Positions 1-10,355 of a stretch of DNA of 64,000 nt are shown here, piece after piece (the first letter of the stretch is position 1; every line of letters starts with the position of its first letter). Under the pieces are notes generated by a model. It was not told where the DNA came from. It was given only the letters and a program-made list of their open reading frames with translations, and made no database searches. Origin of the DNA: a bacterium (lineage in GTDB: Bacteria; Patescibacteriota; Minisyncoccia; Phycocordibacterales; UBA9973); NCBI GenBank assembly GCA_037130655.1, contig JBAXSP010000003.1, positions 68,684 to 132,683 on the forward strand. The letters run 5' to 3'. The translations under genes were made by a program, and so were the position numbers.

Positions 1-2928
1 GCTTTGGCTGACCTCGCACACTTTACTTTCAACGGTAACGGTACACTTTCACAAGTTACTTTGAAGCGTACAGGTCTATCAACAAGTGCTGACATTTCTA
101 ATGTTTACTTGTTCGATGGAAACATGCGCGTTACTGATGGAGCAAGTGTAAACACAAATGGTGATATCGTTTTCAGTGGTCTAAACATCGCTGTTAACGG
201 AAGTAAGACATTGTCTGTAAAAGCAGATATGGCCGCTTCAAACACAATCTCATCAGTTTCTCTTGGAGTAAGTCTAACAGGTTTCATGGTATCAGGATCT
301 TCTACAGCTAACACTGTAAACATTGCTGGTAACTTACACTATGTTTCAGCTGCACCAAATAACTCTTCATCAGCAACTTTGGGCACACAAACTGTATCAT
401 CTGCATCAATTAATGCAGGTTCAATGCAATACACTGTGTGGTCAGCACCACTCCAAGTTTCTGGACGTGCTGCATGGTTGAAAGGAGCTAACTTCCGCGC
501 AATCGGATCAGCTCCAACTGACGCTGTACAAAACATCAAACTTTATGTTGATGGTACAGCTGTTGGTTCAGCTACATCAGTTAGTGCTAATGGATACGCT
601 TTCTTCGACTTTAGTGCAAACCCAGTCAACTTGACTACAGGTTCACACACAATCGATGTTCGCGGAGATATTCAAAAAGGTTCAAACCGAACTGTACAAT
701 TCTCAATCCAAAACGCATCTGATTTGATGGTTACTGATTCACAACTTGGTACAAACATTGTAGTTACTTCTGCTGTATCAAACGGTGCTGCAGGAACAAT
801 CACTATCAATGCTGGTTCAGTTACAACAACTATCGATCCTTCTTTCCAAACAATGACTAACGTCACTGGTGGAGCAACTAATGCGGTGATCGGTAAGTTC
901 AAACTTCATGCATACGGTGAAGACGTTAAAGTTAACACTCTAAGTGTTACTCCAAACGTTGCAAACGGTGTTGCATCAGGTTCATCTGACCTAAACTCAT
1001 TGAACAACGTTACTTTGTTCTTCAATGGTTCACAAGTTGGATCTTCATTCAACTGGACATCAGGTGCTACTACAGTACAACTAGGATCATCTTTGGTGGT
1101 TCCAGCTGGATCTGACAGTATCCTTGAAGTTCGTGCTGACATTGTTACTTCTGATAACTACAACCTAACATCAGGTACTGTTACAGTATCTCTTGCTGCA
1201 GGAAGTAGTAACGGTCAAGGAATGTCTTCACTATCTACTTCAATTAACGTACCAGCTTCTACAACAGCTACATCAGGTTTGACTATTCAAACAGGATCAC
1301 TTTCTGTTGCTAAGAACACTGCATACGCTAACCAAAGTATTAGTCCAAACACAACTGGAGCAACTATCGGTTCATTCGTTCTTCAAAACCAAAGTTCTTC
1401 AGAATCAGTACGTGTTACTAACTTGGCTGTTGGCCTCGTTCTAACATCTGCAGGTTCTACTAACTACTCAAACTTGAAGACAGATGAAACATCAGGATCA
1501 GGTTCAACACCTATCAATCCTTCAACTGCTAACGCTGGTTCAACTTCATCAAACAACTTCTCTGTTAACTTCACACTTGCTCCTGGAGCAACAAAGGTTA
1601 TCAATGTTATGTCTGATGTAAGTTCAGCTACAGGTTCATTGGCTGTTACTCTTGTTCCTACAGCTCTTGGTGCAAGTTCAAATGTGAACGTTACTCCATC
1701 TTCTGTAACAGGACAAACAATCACTGTACAAACAGCTACATTTGGTACTCCAACTTTGATCAACTCTGCTTCTACAACAGCTCAATACGTTGCTGCTGCT
1801 AACGGAAGTACAGATGGTTCAAAAGCGGAATTCAACCTTACTTCTTCAAACGGTTCAGCAACTGTTTCAGAAGCTAAGTTTGTAGTTCGTGGTACATCAA
1901 CTGTATCAGGTTTGAACACTGTTGCTTCAGTACGCGTTGGTTCACAAACAGCACCAATCGTTCTTGCTACAACAAACTCAACAACACTTTCAACTTCAGC
2001 TGGTTCAGCTACTGCTACAATCAGTTTGACTTCAGCTACAGGTGTTGCTGCAGGTTCAATCCTCTTGATCGATTCAGAACAAATCTTGGTAACAACATAC
2101 TCAAGTGCAAGTTCTGTAAACGTTACTCGTGGTTACAACGGAACAACAGCTGCTACACACTCAAACGGTGCAACAGTTTCTGTTATGAACGGTGTTGCTT
2201 ACTTCACTGGTCTTAACTTGTCTGTTCCAAACAGTACAGCAGGTGTAAACGTTGATGTATACCCAACTTACTCTTCAGTAGGTACAAACGGTGTAACATC
2301 AGGTTCATCATCAACACTTTCATTGTCATACTTGAAATACACTGTTGGTAACTCTACACAAACATCTTGTGTTGCGTCACTATCATGTACAAACAACATG
2401 GCAGAAATCAGTGCTAATGCTATGACTGTTGTTGGCTCAAAACCAACATTCGCAATTGCAACTCCTTCAGCTACATTGTCTGCTGCTTCAACAGCTGCGC
2501 TTGATGTAACTGTTACTGCAGATGCGAAGGGTGATATTACTCTTGTTACACTTCCAATCACTGTTGGTTTGACAGGTGCATCAGTTTCAACTGGTTCTAC
2601 TTCAAACATTGCAGTGTATGCTGGAAATGATTTGAGTACAAACCTTGCTTCTTCTAACACAGCATTCTCTGCTGCTACAGGAAGTTCAAGTACTATCACT
2701 CTTACAAACAGTGGATACCGTATTTCTGCAGGTCAATCTGTAGTATTCCATGTCTATGTAACAATAGTTGGAATGACTTCAGCGGCTTCAGGAAGTAACT
2801 CAATGTCAACTTCACTTTCTACATCTGGCCTAACATGGACAGATACAGCAGGTGGTGGTTCAGCAGGTGCTTTGACATCTTCATTGCTTTACGGATACCC
2901 AACTGGTAACGCAGTTATCCGAAACTAA
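1..2928 (+). CDS. Large Ser/Thr/Gly/Asn-rich secreted surface protein (5' partial, continues upstream of window)
   Basis: 974-codon ORF open to the window edge. Low-complexity beta-rich repeats with dozens of NxS/T sequons and S/T clusters. N-terminal domain pattern recurs in ORF 34629-35357. Confidence 0.7.
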   Translation, partial: ALADLAHFTFNGNGTLSQVTLKRTGLSTSADISNVYLFDGNMRVTDGASVNTNGDIVFSGLNIAVNGSKTLSVKADMAASNTISSVSLGVSLTGFMVSGSSTANTVNIAGNLHYVSAAPNNSSSATLGTQTVSSASINAGSMQYTVWSAPLQVSGRAAWLKGANFRAIGSAPTDAVQNIKLYVDGTAVGSATSVSANGYAFFDFSANPVNLTTGSHTIDVRGDIQKGSNRTVQFSIQNASDLMVTDSQLGTNIVVTSAVSNGAAGTITINAGSVTTTIDPSFQTMTNVTGGATNAVIGKFKLHAYGEDVKVNTLSVTPNVANGVASGSSDLNSLNNVTLFFNGSQVGSSFNWTSGATTVQLGSSLVVPAGSDSILEVRADIVTSDNYNLTSGTVTVSLAAGSSNGQGMSSLSTSINVPASTTATSGLTIQTGSLSVAKNTAYANQSISPNTTGATIGSFVLQNQSSSESVRVTNLAVGLVLTSAGSTNYSNLKTDETSGSGSTPINPSTANAGSTSSNNFSVNFTLAPGATKVINVMSDVSSATGSLAVTLVPTALGASSNVNVTPSSVTGQTITVQTATFGTPTLINSASTTAQYVAAANGSTDGSKAEFNLTSSNGSATVSEAKFVVRGTSTVSGLNTVASVRVGSQTAPIVLATTNSTTLSTSAGSATATISLTSATGVAAGSILLIDSEQILVTTYSSASSVNVTRGYNGTTAATHSNGATVSVMNGVAYFTGLNLSVPNSTAGVNVDVYPTYSSVGTNGVTSGSSSTLSLSYLKYTVGNSTQTSCVASLSCTNNMAEISANAMTVVGSKPTFAIATPSATLSAASTAALDVTVTADAKGDITLVTLPITVGLTGASVSTGSTSNIAVYAGNDLSTNLASSNTAFSAATGSSSTITLTNSGYRISAGQSVVFHVYVTIVGMTSAASGSNSMSTSLSTSGLTWTDTAGGGSAGALTSSLLYGYPTGNAVIRN

Positions 2929-2977
2929 TCGTTTCTGGTAAAACGTTGCAAGACATCATCCTGATGTAAATAGGAAT

Positions 2978-3006
2978 AAAAAACCACCCGAAAGGGTGGT
3001 TTTTTA
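2978..3006 (+). terminator. Rho-independent terminator (CCACCC-GAAA-GGGTGG + T-run)
   Basis: Perfect 6-bp GC-rich stem, GAAA tetraloop and TTTTTT directly after the stop of the large ORF. Confidence 0.75.
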
Positions 3007-3030
3007 TATGGTTTTTGTTACAATGGCTAT

Positions 3031-4365
3031 ATGAAAAATCTTCGAAAAGTATTGATGATCGCGTTATTTGCAACAGCGTTTACTCCAGCAATTTATGCTG
3101 AGAATACACTAACTCCTTCTCAAAATGCCAAAACACTCTTTTTCAGAGGTTGTATAGCACTCGTTTCTGTATTGTTTTCGGTTCTGATGATCAAAAGTGC
3201 TTCATTTAGAAGTGAGGTAAAGGAGCGACTTGTTGTTGTATGGAAACATCCACTGGTTAAAATAACAACACTGTTATACGGAATTCTTTGTGTTAGTACA
3301 ATCTTTGCCTACCATCATTTGCTTGGTTTTTTTGGAGAAGCAGAACGAGATGAAGGTTTCCTCGGTCTTACCTTTTTCTATAGTCTTTTTTTGTACACAA
3401 TACTCTTGTTTCAAAAGAAGGATTGGTATGTTTATTTTGGAACAGCAATCGCAACACAGTTGTTTGTTTTTTCATCAGCAATACATCAATTTGCCAATGG
3501 AACACATCGTACTAATTCAATCGTAGGTAATCCGATTTATTTTGCAACATATGCACTTTGTCTACTGTGTATTAGTTTTGCAATATATTTTCAAGCAAAA
3601 AAAGAAGAATGGTACACTGTCAAAATAATCAGCATTATTTCTATTATTGTTGCTATACTAGAAATCTTTTTGAGTAACACCCGTGCACTCATGTTGGGTG
3701 TTGCGATAGCTGTTCCTGTTGTACTCAGTCTTTTGTTTGTTTATTCAGACACGGTGTTTTCATCTGCAAAAAAAGTATACGCCAAAAGAATCATTGTTGT
3801 GATATTTGCTGCGTTTGTGGTATTTGGGGCAATCTTTTTGTCGACACGTCAGGCAAAAATATGGACACACATACCGGGACTTGATCGTATTGCACAATCA
3901 AGCACCACGGACTCTTCAACCGTCTCTCGTCTTGTTTCTTGGAATATTGCTCTTCATTCAATCAATCCTGTTGAGGCGGGGATTGGCAGAACACTTTTTG
4001 GATATGGTTGGGATAACTATTTCTTTGCATGGCAAAAGTTTTATCAAACAGCATTGTTTGAATACGACACAGCAACATTTGATCGACCGCACAATAAATT
4101 ACTTGATATGTTGGTGATGAACGGAGTATTAGGATTCCTTGCGTATATGTTGTTTTGGTTTTTGTTTATAAAAATACTCGTCCGCTATGCAAAAAAAGAG
4201 CCACTATTTTCTATACTCTTTGTTTCTTGGGCGGTAGCATATTTTGTACAAAATCTTTTTGCGTTTGATAATATTATTACGTGGATTTTATTCTTTGCGA
4301 TCGTTGCATTTGTGACTAACGAAACGCTTGATGCTCAAAAAGAAGTGATAGTTAAAAAACAATAA
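3031..4365 (+). CDS. Wzy_C-family membrane protein (O-antigen ligase / polymerase / PglL-like O-oligosaccharyltransferase family), copy 1
   Basis: About 10 predicted TM segments. Periplasmic-loop motifs SRLVSWNIAL...P.EAGIGRTLFGYG and FDRPHNKLLDMLVMNGVLG match the Wzy_C signature R..W.A..P..G.G...HN..L..G. Extended -10 TGtTACAAT lies 6 nt upstream of the ATG. Confidence 0.75.
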   Translation: MKNLRKVLMIALFATAFTPAIYAENTLTPSQNAKTLFFRGCIALVSVLFSVLMIKSASFRSEVKERLVVVWKHPLVKITTLLYGILCVSTIFAYHHLLGFFGEAERDEGFLGLTFFYSLFLYTILLFQKKDWYVYFGTAIATQLFVFSSAIHQFANGTHRTNSIVGNPIYFATYALCLLCISFAIYFQAKKEEWYTVKIISIISIIVAILEIFLSNTRALMLGVAIAVPVVLSLLFVYSDTVFSSAKKVYAKRIIVVIFAAFVVFGAIFLSTRQAKIWTHIPGLDRIAQSSTTDSSTVSRLVSWNIALHSINPVEAGIGRTLFGYGWDNYFFAWQKFYQTALFEYDTATFDRPHNKLLDMLVMNGVLGFLAYMLFWFLFIKILVRYAKKEPLFSILFVSWAVAYFVQNLFAFDNIITWILFFAIVAFVTNETLDAQKEVIVKKQ

Positions 4366-4366
4366 T

Positions 4367-5254
4367 ATGAAAAACCAAAAAAATACTAAAATAGCAGAAG
4401 AAAAAAACGGGGTAATGAGTATTGTATTTACTTTTATATCAATCTTTTTTTTTGTTGGTTTTATTTATTGGACAGCTGTTCCGTATATACAAATGGTTCA
4501 ATGGAAAAAAGGAATCGGTGCAATGCTTGCGGGAGATGATACAAAATTTCCAAATGATGACTTCATATATCGTCCGTACAATAATTCAATTCAATCAGGT
4601 ATTAGAATCGCTTCTTTCTCGAATGTTTTCAATCAGTATGTTCGTGGTGAAAGAACTAGTTTTACACCGCTATATGACATTGCTTTTAATCGTGAAAAAG
4701 AGTGGGTAGATGCACATCCGTATCGATATGATCATTTGCTCGCTATCGCCAAAGGATATGAGTACAAAGCAAATCTAACAGGTGATACCTCGTATTATCT
4801 ATTGGCAGATGAGTATTATCAAAAAGCACTGGCACTTTGTCCAGAACGACAAGATTTGCTGTATGCGTATTCGCAACACCTTTCAAATACTGGCAAAAAA
4901 CAAGAAGCGATTGATTTGCTTCAAAAAATGCGTAAACAAAATCCTGGTATTGCTCAAACAGGTTATTATTTGGGGACTGTCTATGCCGCAGGGGATAAAA
5001 CAGGATATGATACTGCGTTGACTTATCTAGAAGACTATTTTGCAACAGGTAATCCTATTGTAGATAAAACAGTTATTAAGACATTGTATGAACATTTCTT
5101 TGTTTATTATTATGACAAGAAGGATCTCGGTCGCTTTACTGTTGTCGCTCGAAGAATGATTATTGCAGATCCTTCACAAGCAGATGTGTACAAAAAAATA
5201 TCAGATTATATTGATACGAATAAAACAATGCCGTATCTTAATATTCACAACTAA
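4367..5254 (+). CDS. N-terminally membrane-anchored TPR-like protein, partner of Wzy_C copy 1
   Basis: N-terminal TM helix followed by a VPYIQMVQWKKG motif and a helical-repeat (TPR-like) C-terminal domain. Paralog of 19488-20102. Confidence 0.6.
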   Translation: MKNQKNTKIAEEKNGVMSIVFTFISIFFFVGFIYWTAVPYIQMVQWKKGIGAMLAGDDTKFPNDDFIYRPYNNSIQSGIRIASFSNVFNQYVRGERTSFTPLYDIAFNREKEWVDAHPYRYDHLLAIAKGYEYKANLTGDTSYYLLADEYYQKALALCPERQDLLYAYSQHLSNTGKKQEAIDLLQKMRKQNPGIAQTGYYLGTVYAAGDKTGYDTALTYLEDYFATGNPIVDKTVIKTLYEHFFVYYYDKKDLGRFTVVARRMIIADPSQADVYKKISDYIDTNKTMPYLNIHN

Positions 5255-5255
5255 T

Positions 5256-6101
5256 ATGCTTATTGTACGATTGCAAGGAGGGTTAGGGAATCAACTATTT
5301 CAGTATGCTTTTGCTCGTGCGCTTTCATTGAAACAAAATAAATCAGTTTTTCTTGAAAAATCATTCAAACAACACAAGGTTTTTGGTATCACTCAAAGGG
5401 AGTATGCACTGGATGTTTTTGCTATAGAGGCACAAGTGTTCGAAGAAAATACTTTTCATAAAATAACAAGTGTTATAAAACGGGTTCTCCAAAAAATAGT
5501 TCATATAGAGTGGCGAGGGCTAGAAAAAAGTTTCGCATTCGATCAAAAAATGTTGACTATAAAAGACGGTTATTTTGATGGCTATTGGCAAAGTTATAAA
5601 TATTTTGAACATATAGAAAGTATCATTAAAAATGAACTTGTGTTGAAAGTTATTTCACCTGAAATAAAACAATTTGCTGATCAGATTGAAACAGAGAAAT
5701 CTTTGGCGATACATATTCGCCGAGGAGATTTTGTTAATAATAAAAAACATGAAGTTGTAAAAAATGATTATTATGAGAAAGCGATAAAAATAATCGAATC
5801 AACACATGCGGTAGAACATATCTATGTATTTTCAGATGATATTGCATGGTGTGAAGAACATCTTCATTTTGATTATCCAACAACTTTTGTACCGCTTGCG
5901 TATGAAGGAAAACACGGAGAAGGTCATCTTCATATGATGAGTAAGTGTCAGTATTTCATTATTCCAAATAGTACTTTTGCGTGGTGGGGGGCATGGCTTT
6001 CAAACAGAAAAGATAAAATTGTCATTACTCCAAAAATTTGGCGAAATGATATACTTATTCCACCAGACGATTTACTTCCACCAGATTGGGTTAAAATATA
6101 A
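5256..6101 (+). CDS. GT11-family glycosyltransferase (alpha-1,2-fucosyltransferase-like)
   Basis: GT11 motifs RLQGGLGNQLFQYA, HIRRGDF and IIPNSTFAWWGAWL. Start taken at the internal ATG at 5256, 1 nt after the upstream stop (the ORF-track start 5163 overlaps the upstream gene). Confidence 0.8.
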   Translation: MLIVRLQGGLGNQLFQYAFARALSLKQNKSVFLEKSFKQHKVFGITQREYALDVFAIEAQVFEENTFHKITSVIKRVLQKIVHIEWRGLEKSFAFDQKMLTIKDGYFDGYWQSYKYFEHIESIIKNELVLKVISPEIKQFADQIETEKSLAIHIRRGDFVNNKKHEVVKNDYYEKAIKIIESTHAVEHIYVFSDDIAWCEEHLHFDYPTTFVPLAYEGKHGEGHLHMMSKCQYFIIPNSTFAWWGAWLSNRKDKIVITPKIWRNDILIPPDDLLPPDWVKI

Positions 6102-6104
6102 ATT

Positions 6105-6923
6105 ATGCAAAAACCTCGTATTACAATTATTCTACCTGCTTACAACGGTGCTCGTTGGATTGAAACGGCCATCAAAAGTGCACAAAATCAAACATTTACT
6201 GATTTTGAATTACTCGTTTTTAACGATTGTTCAAAAGATAATACCGAAGAAATCGTACTTCGATTGGCCGAACAAGACAATCGGATTATTTATACAAAGA
6301 ATGAAAAGAATCTTGGCGTTCAGAGAACTCGTAATATTGCGCTCCAAAAAGCTCAGGGTGAATATATAGCTGAAATTGACCAAGACGATGAGTGGATCGA
6401 CAAGGATAAATTACAAAAACAACTTTCGTTTCTAGAAAACAACAAAGACTATGTACTTGTTGGGACCGGTGCAATCATGATTGATGAGAAAGGGAATGAA
6501 ATAGCTCGATATTTGATGCTAGAAACTGATAATCAGATCAAGAATAAACTCTTGCGTGCAAACTGCTTCATTCACTCAAGTGTGATGTATCGCAAAGATA
6601 TCGTAATTGAAATTGGCGGTTATACAATAGAAAAAATGTCTGAAGATCATGACCTTTGGCTTCGCCTCGGAAGACACGGGAAATTTATGAATTTTCCAAC
6701 GTATTCAGTTAAATACCTTTTTACACCGAGTGGATATAACTCTCAAGACAAAATTCTTCGATTGAAACAAAATTTACTTTTTACCAAAGAACATAAAGAT
6801 TTTTACCCAAACTATGTTTATTCAGTTATCTATGGTTGGGCAAAAATTTTATTTACACCAATTTTCAATCTTTTGCCGACAAGGCTAAAAGGATTCTTTC
6901 TTTGGTTGCACAAAAAGATCTAG
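6105..6923 (+). CDS. GT2-family glycosyltransferase
   Basis: ITIILPAYNGARWIETAIKSAQNQTFTDFELLVFNDCSKDNT and a DQDDEW (DxD-like) motif, i.e. GT-A fold. Confidence 0.8.
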   Translation: MQKPRITIILPAYNGARWIETAIKSAQNQTFTDFELLVFNDCSKDNTEEIVLRLAEQDNRIIYTKNEKNLGVQRTRNIALQKAQGEYIAEIDQDDEWIDKDKLQKQLSFLENNKDYVLVGTGAIMIDEKGNEIARYLMLETDNQIKNKLLRANCFIHSSVMYRKDIVIEIGGYTIEKMSEDHDLWLRLGRHGKFMNFPTYSVKYLFTPSGYNSQDKILRLKQNLLFTKEHKDFYPNYVYSVIYGWAKILFTPIFNLLPTRLKGFFLWLHKKI

Positions 6924-7901
6924 TTATTTTACCGTGCCTAATTTAATATATTCTTCGCACGTATTTTTAATATGTTCTTCAATAGAAAGTATGTTTTTGA
7001 AACCAATTGTTTTTTCAATTTTTTCTTGTGACAAAATACTTTGATTGGTCAAAGCTTTGAGTCTTGCGAAGGTCAAAGGGTTTTTCTTTCTTAAAATAAA
7101 ACATACAACTAGTAGTACGGTACTTATTCCAAAAGCTATAAAATAGGGAATCGTGTATGTTTTTCTTGTGATTTTTGGTGTGGCATTTTTGACAATCTCA
7201 TCCATTTTTTTGTATGCAACTGCATTGCTTAGGATATAGATATTACCAAACGAGCTATCGGTTTTTCCGAGTAGTTCTAATGCGCGAATCACTTCGTTTA
7301 TATGGACGATATTATAATATCCAGTACCAATATTTTTATATAAACCACTTCTCATACTTTGGATTAGCTGGAGAAAACTACCACCTTCTTTGTTGTTTCC
7401 GGTGCCAAATATAGTACTAGGACGCAAAATATGGGCCTTTAGACCCTGTTTGATTGCTTGGACGACAACTTGCTCGGCTCTGTATTTTGATCGGCCGTAA
7501 GCATTGTGTGGATGTGGAATGGTTTCTTCTGTAACAATCTTGTCTTTTGTTTGTCCGGTAATTCCGGCACTTGAAAGATATATGAGTGTACAGTTATTTT
7601 TCATTGCTTGAGCTACAATATTTTTTGTCCCGAGTACATTCACTCGTTCAAGTTCTTCTGTATTGTAAATTGATCCCGCGCAATGATAGATAATACGCAC
7701 ATCATTTGGGATTTCAAAAGAATCGGTAATATCAGCTATAATAAAACTCACCCGATCGTTATTTTCAAATAGGGGAGATTTTTTTCTAGATAAAATATAT
7801 ACAAAACAACCTTCGTCCAATAAAGCTGTTACGAGTTTTGCTCCAACATATCCGGTACCACCCGTAACAAGGATTTTTTTGTTTTCCGAAATATGTTCCA
7901 T
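6924..7901 (-). CDS. NAD-dependent epimerase/dehydratase family protein with C-terminal TM segment
   Basis: Rossmann motif LVTGGTGYVGAKLV. Short-chain dehydrogenase (SDR) catalytic YxxxK motif (YGRSK). Hydrophobic C-terminal helix. Confidence 0.75.
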   Translation of the reverse strand: MEHISENKKILVTGGTGYVGAKLVTALLDEGCFVYILSRKKSPLFENNDRVSFIIADITDSFEIPNDVRIIYHCAGSIYNTEELERVNVLGTKNIVAQAMKNNCTLIYLSSAGITGQTKDKIVTEETIPHPHNAYGRSKYRAEQVVVQAIKQGLKAHILRPSTIFGTGNNKEGGSFLQLIQSMRSGLYKNIGTGYYNIVHINEVIRALELLGKTDSSFGNIYILSNAVAYKKMDEIVKNATPKITRKTYTIPYFIAFGISTVLLVVCFILRKKNPLTFARLKALTNQSILSQEKIEKTIGFKNILSIEEHIKNTCEEYIKLGTVK

Positions 7902-7904
7902 ATA

Positions 7905-8573
7905 TTAGTGAGATTTCTTTGTAAAACTTTTGATTTTTCTTTTTAGCCAGTGTTCCATTTTCATTTCTTTTTCAAATACACGAGGATTGATAAGATTTAA
8001 TATTCCTTTTCGGTTTTTGTTGAAGAAATTATAGGTATAAATATTTTCAGTATTATATGTCGATGTAAATAGTTTTTGACTACCTTTTTGAATAATCGCA
8101 CAACCTTCATCGGCATCGATTGTGTAGATTTGCACATCAGGATTTTCTGTTCGCAATTTTAAGATCGCTTTCCAGACATCGCCGTGCCAAACACTCGAAG
8201 CTCGTTCGCGTCGCTGAGTGATTTCTCTGGTTGGATTACAGTCATGGACAACAATTGTTCCGCCATCATTGAGCCATTCCAATCCATTGATAATATCTTT
8301 GTATGCTTGTTCGAAAAGGTGTAACCCATCGATAAAAATGATGTCATATTTCATTTGTATATGACTCGCAAAAAATTCATCAGAAGTCATCTGAAATGTC
8401 GTATCAACCGCTGGGTCAACACCGTGTTTTGTCTCTATGTTGATACTTGTGTGACTGTAACCTGGTTGAGCAGGAGTATTGACACCTATTTCTAAATAGG
8501 TTTTGTAGTTATTTTTTTTGATAAGCGTATTGATAATTTCTGTGCGAGTCAGTGTTTTTAGTAGTTGTCTCAT
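7905..8573 (-). CDS. Class I SAM-dependent methyltransferase (putative sugar or glycan O-methyltransferase)
   Basis: YLEIGVNTP and IIFIDGLH motifs and the TIVVHDCNP acidic patch are typical of CmcI/Methyltransf_24-like folds. It sits inside the glycan cluster. Confidence 0.55.
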   Translation of the reverse strand: MRQLLKTLTRTEIINTLIKKNNYKTYLEIGVNTPAQPGYSHTSINIETKHGVDPAVDTTFQMTSDEFFASHIQMKYDIIFIDGLHLFEQAYKDIINGLEWLNDGGTIVVHDCNPTREITQRRERASSVWHGDVWKAILKLRTENPDVQIYTIDADEGCAIIQKGSQKLFTSTYNTENIYTYNFFNKNRKGILNLINPRVFEKEMKMEHWLKRKIKSFTKKSH

Positions 8574-10348
8574 TTGAATAATTCTTTGTATTTATCTTTA
8601 TTCTCCTTAATATACCGTGGTAGACCCTTTTCATCAATATGATAAGCAAAGTTTCTTCCAGCGACATCTTGATTATTTTGTAATCGTTCAGTTATCTGGT
8701 TTTTTGTTGAATCATTGTTTAGTTCTTGGTGTGAGAAGGACTCGATTTTTTCTTTGACCCGATTCTCGCCACCTTGATAGGTGAAATGCCAGCCACCATT
8801 GTTTACAAAAGTATACGGTGTCTTTCTCTTTGTGCGAAGATGATTGAGACAGTTGTTTTTGATGTTTTTGTACTTTGTCGCCAAAGTGCCAGTCCAGGCT
8901 TCATTCGATTTGTTGTTCAAATAATAGCAATAGACTGCTTGTCTGAATTTATAGATGTCATCTTTTTGGTAATCAATTACTATTTCTGGATTCCAGATTT
9001 CATCAAGGTCAGAGACAAAACAGAAATCATTATCAGAAAGATTTGTTAATGCGTGCTTCACAGATTCCTTTTCATAGAAATCACGCAAGAAATGATTCAT
9101 TCCTTTTGGAATATTATCTGAAGTTAGTGTTTGTTTCAAAATTGTTTTTTCAAGTTGAGATATACTGCCTTCATTTAGTCGTTCTTGTGCGTCAGTAAAA
9201 TCTTGCAACGGATGCTCTATGACATAGTGAATAATTTTGTGTTCAAATTGTTTGAAACGTTCTTTGTTTTTCTCATAAAACAATTCTTTTGGTTTACCTG
9301 AGTGGGTGAGTGTGGATTCAACGATAACGAAATAATCAACATATGGATCAAGAATGTTAAGTCGGATATCAAGTAATTCAAGTTCGTTGAAGAAATTAAA
9401 AATATCATAGATTTTTATCGTTTTACGATAATTGGCAATCTCTGCTATTTTTTTCTTTGAAGGATTCTTATAGGTTTTAGATAGGAGTGCATTTTTTTTG
9501 ATTAAAAGAATGTTTTTGATTTTGCGATATATTTTTTGAATCAAAATTTTGGTATTCATAAAGATTTTTTTGTATAAGATATTTGCAAGAATAGAAGCAA
9601 ATAAGAAATATAACTTTCTACTGATCGGTTCGGGTTTTGTTTCTGTATTTATAAAATCTTCATCAAGTGGTACGAGAATTTTTGGGTTGAACTCGAAATT
9701 GCTCATCATAAGCGTAAACATAGTTCGTTCAATCATGTGTGTTTCTGCTGGTTCCTGACAATGAGACATAAAGAGTCGTAGATTTTGATAGACTACTTTC
9801 GGTACTTTCAAAATACGTTCTTTTGGTGCAATGAAATCTCCTCCAGGAGAAAAACGGACATAGAGTGGAATTACCGGATCTTTGTATAAAAAACGAATGA
9901 AGTCATTGTGGTTGTGGAAATATTTATGTTTCCAGTATTTGAAATACCAACTACTGTTGATTTCACATAAACCGCCATCTGGAGACAGGTATGCGACAGG
10001 GAATATAGTGTCGTATGTTTTCCAGTCTTCAAGTGGTGTATACCAAGTATTGTTCATTACCTTGTCGAATGTTTCTTTTCGAACATGACGTGGAAAAGAC
10101 CAGCCTTTGGCAAAGATAATACAATCAGGAAGGTTGTCGTAATTGTCGATGATATATGTAAAATATTCATATGAATTATATCCGTTGTTTGAGCCAGGTA
10201 ATACTTTTTGAAAATCAATTGTTTCTGGTATTGCCACTTTGTCACTGCGTTTATTATAAATAACATAGTTGTCTGTATATTCAGGCACCCACGAAAGATC
10301 ATTATTGAAATTTGATATAACCAAGAAGTTTTTTTGGATTTTTTTCAT
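8570..10348 (-). CDS. Two-domain glycosyltransferase: unknown N-terminal domain plus GT17-like C-terminal domain
   Basis: The C-terminal IYDIFNFFNELELLDIRLNILDPYVDYFVIVES matches the bacterial GT17 (MGAT3-like) signature. The N-terminal ~240 aa has no motif I recognise. A K-rich hydrophobic linker separates the two. Confidence 0.55.
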   Translation of the reverse strand: MKKIQKNFLVISNFNNDLSWVPEYTDNYVIYNKRSDKVAIPETIDFQKVLPGSNNGYNSYEYFTYIIDNYDNLPDCIIFAKGWSFPRHVRKETFDKVMNNTWYTPLEDWKTYDTIFPVAYLSPDGGLCEINSSWYFKYWKHKYFHNHNDFIRFLYKDPVIPLYVRFSPGGDFIAPKERILKVPKVVYQNLRLFMSHCQEPAETHMIERTMFTLMMSNFEFNPKILVPLDEDFINTETKPEPISRKLYFLFASILANILYKKIFMNTKILIQKIYRKIKNILLIKKNALLSKTYKNPSKKKIAEIANYRKTIKIYDIFNFFNELELLDIRLNILDPYVDYFVIVESTLTHSGKPKELFYEKNKERFKQFEHKIIHYVIEHPLQDFTDAQERLNEGSISQLEKTILKQTLTSDNIPKGMNHFLRDFYEKESVKHALTNLSDNDFCFVSDLDEIWNPEIVIDYQKDDIYKFRQAVYCYYLNNKSNEAWTGTLATKYKNIKNNCLNHLRTKRKTPYTFVNNGGWHFTYQGGENRVKEKIESFSHQELNNDSTKNQITERLQNNQDVAGRNFAYHIDEKGLPRYIKENKDKYKELFK

Positions 10349-10355
10349 ACTAGTT

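Noticed and set aside
3290-4117. Small ORFs nested inside or antisense to annotated genes (e.g. 3290-3526, 3806-4117, 4422-4709, 8774-9049, 49797-50117, 54573-55223)
   Set aside because: They are wholly contained within longer conserved-family ORFs on the same or opposite strand, with low-complexity AT-rich translations.
5163-5255. Long N-terminal extension of the GT11 gene proposed by the ORF track
   Set aside because: It overlaps the upstream gene by 92 nt and encodes a non-conserved basic stretch. The conserved GT11 motif I begins right after the internal ATG at 5256, which sits 1 nt after the upstream stop.
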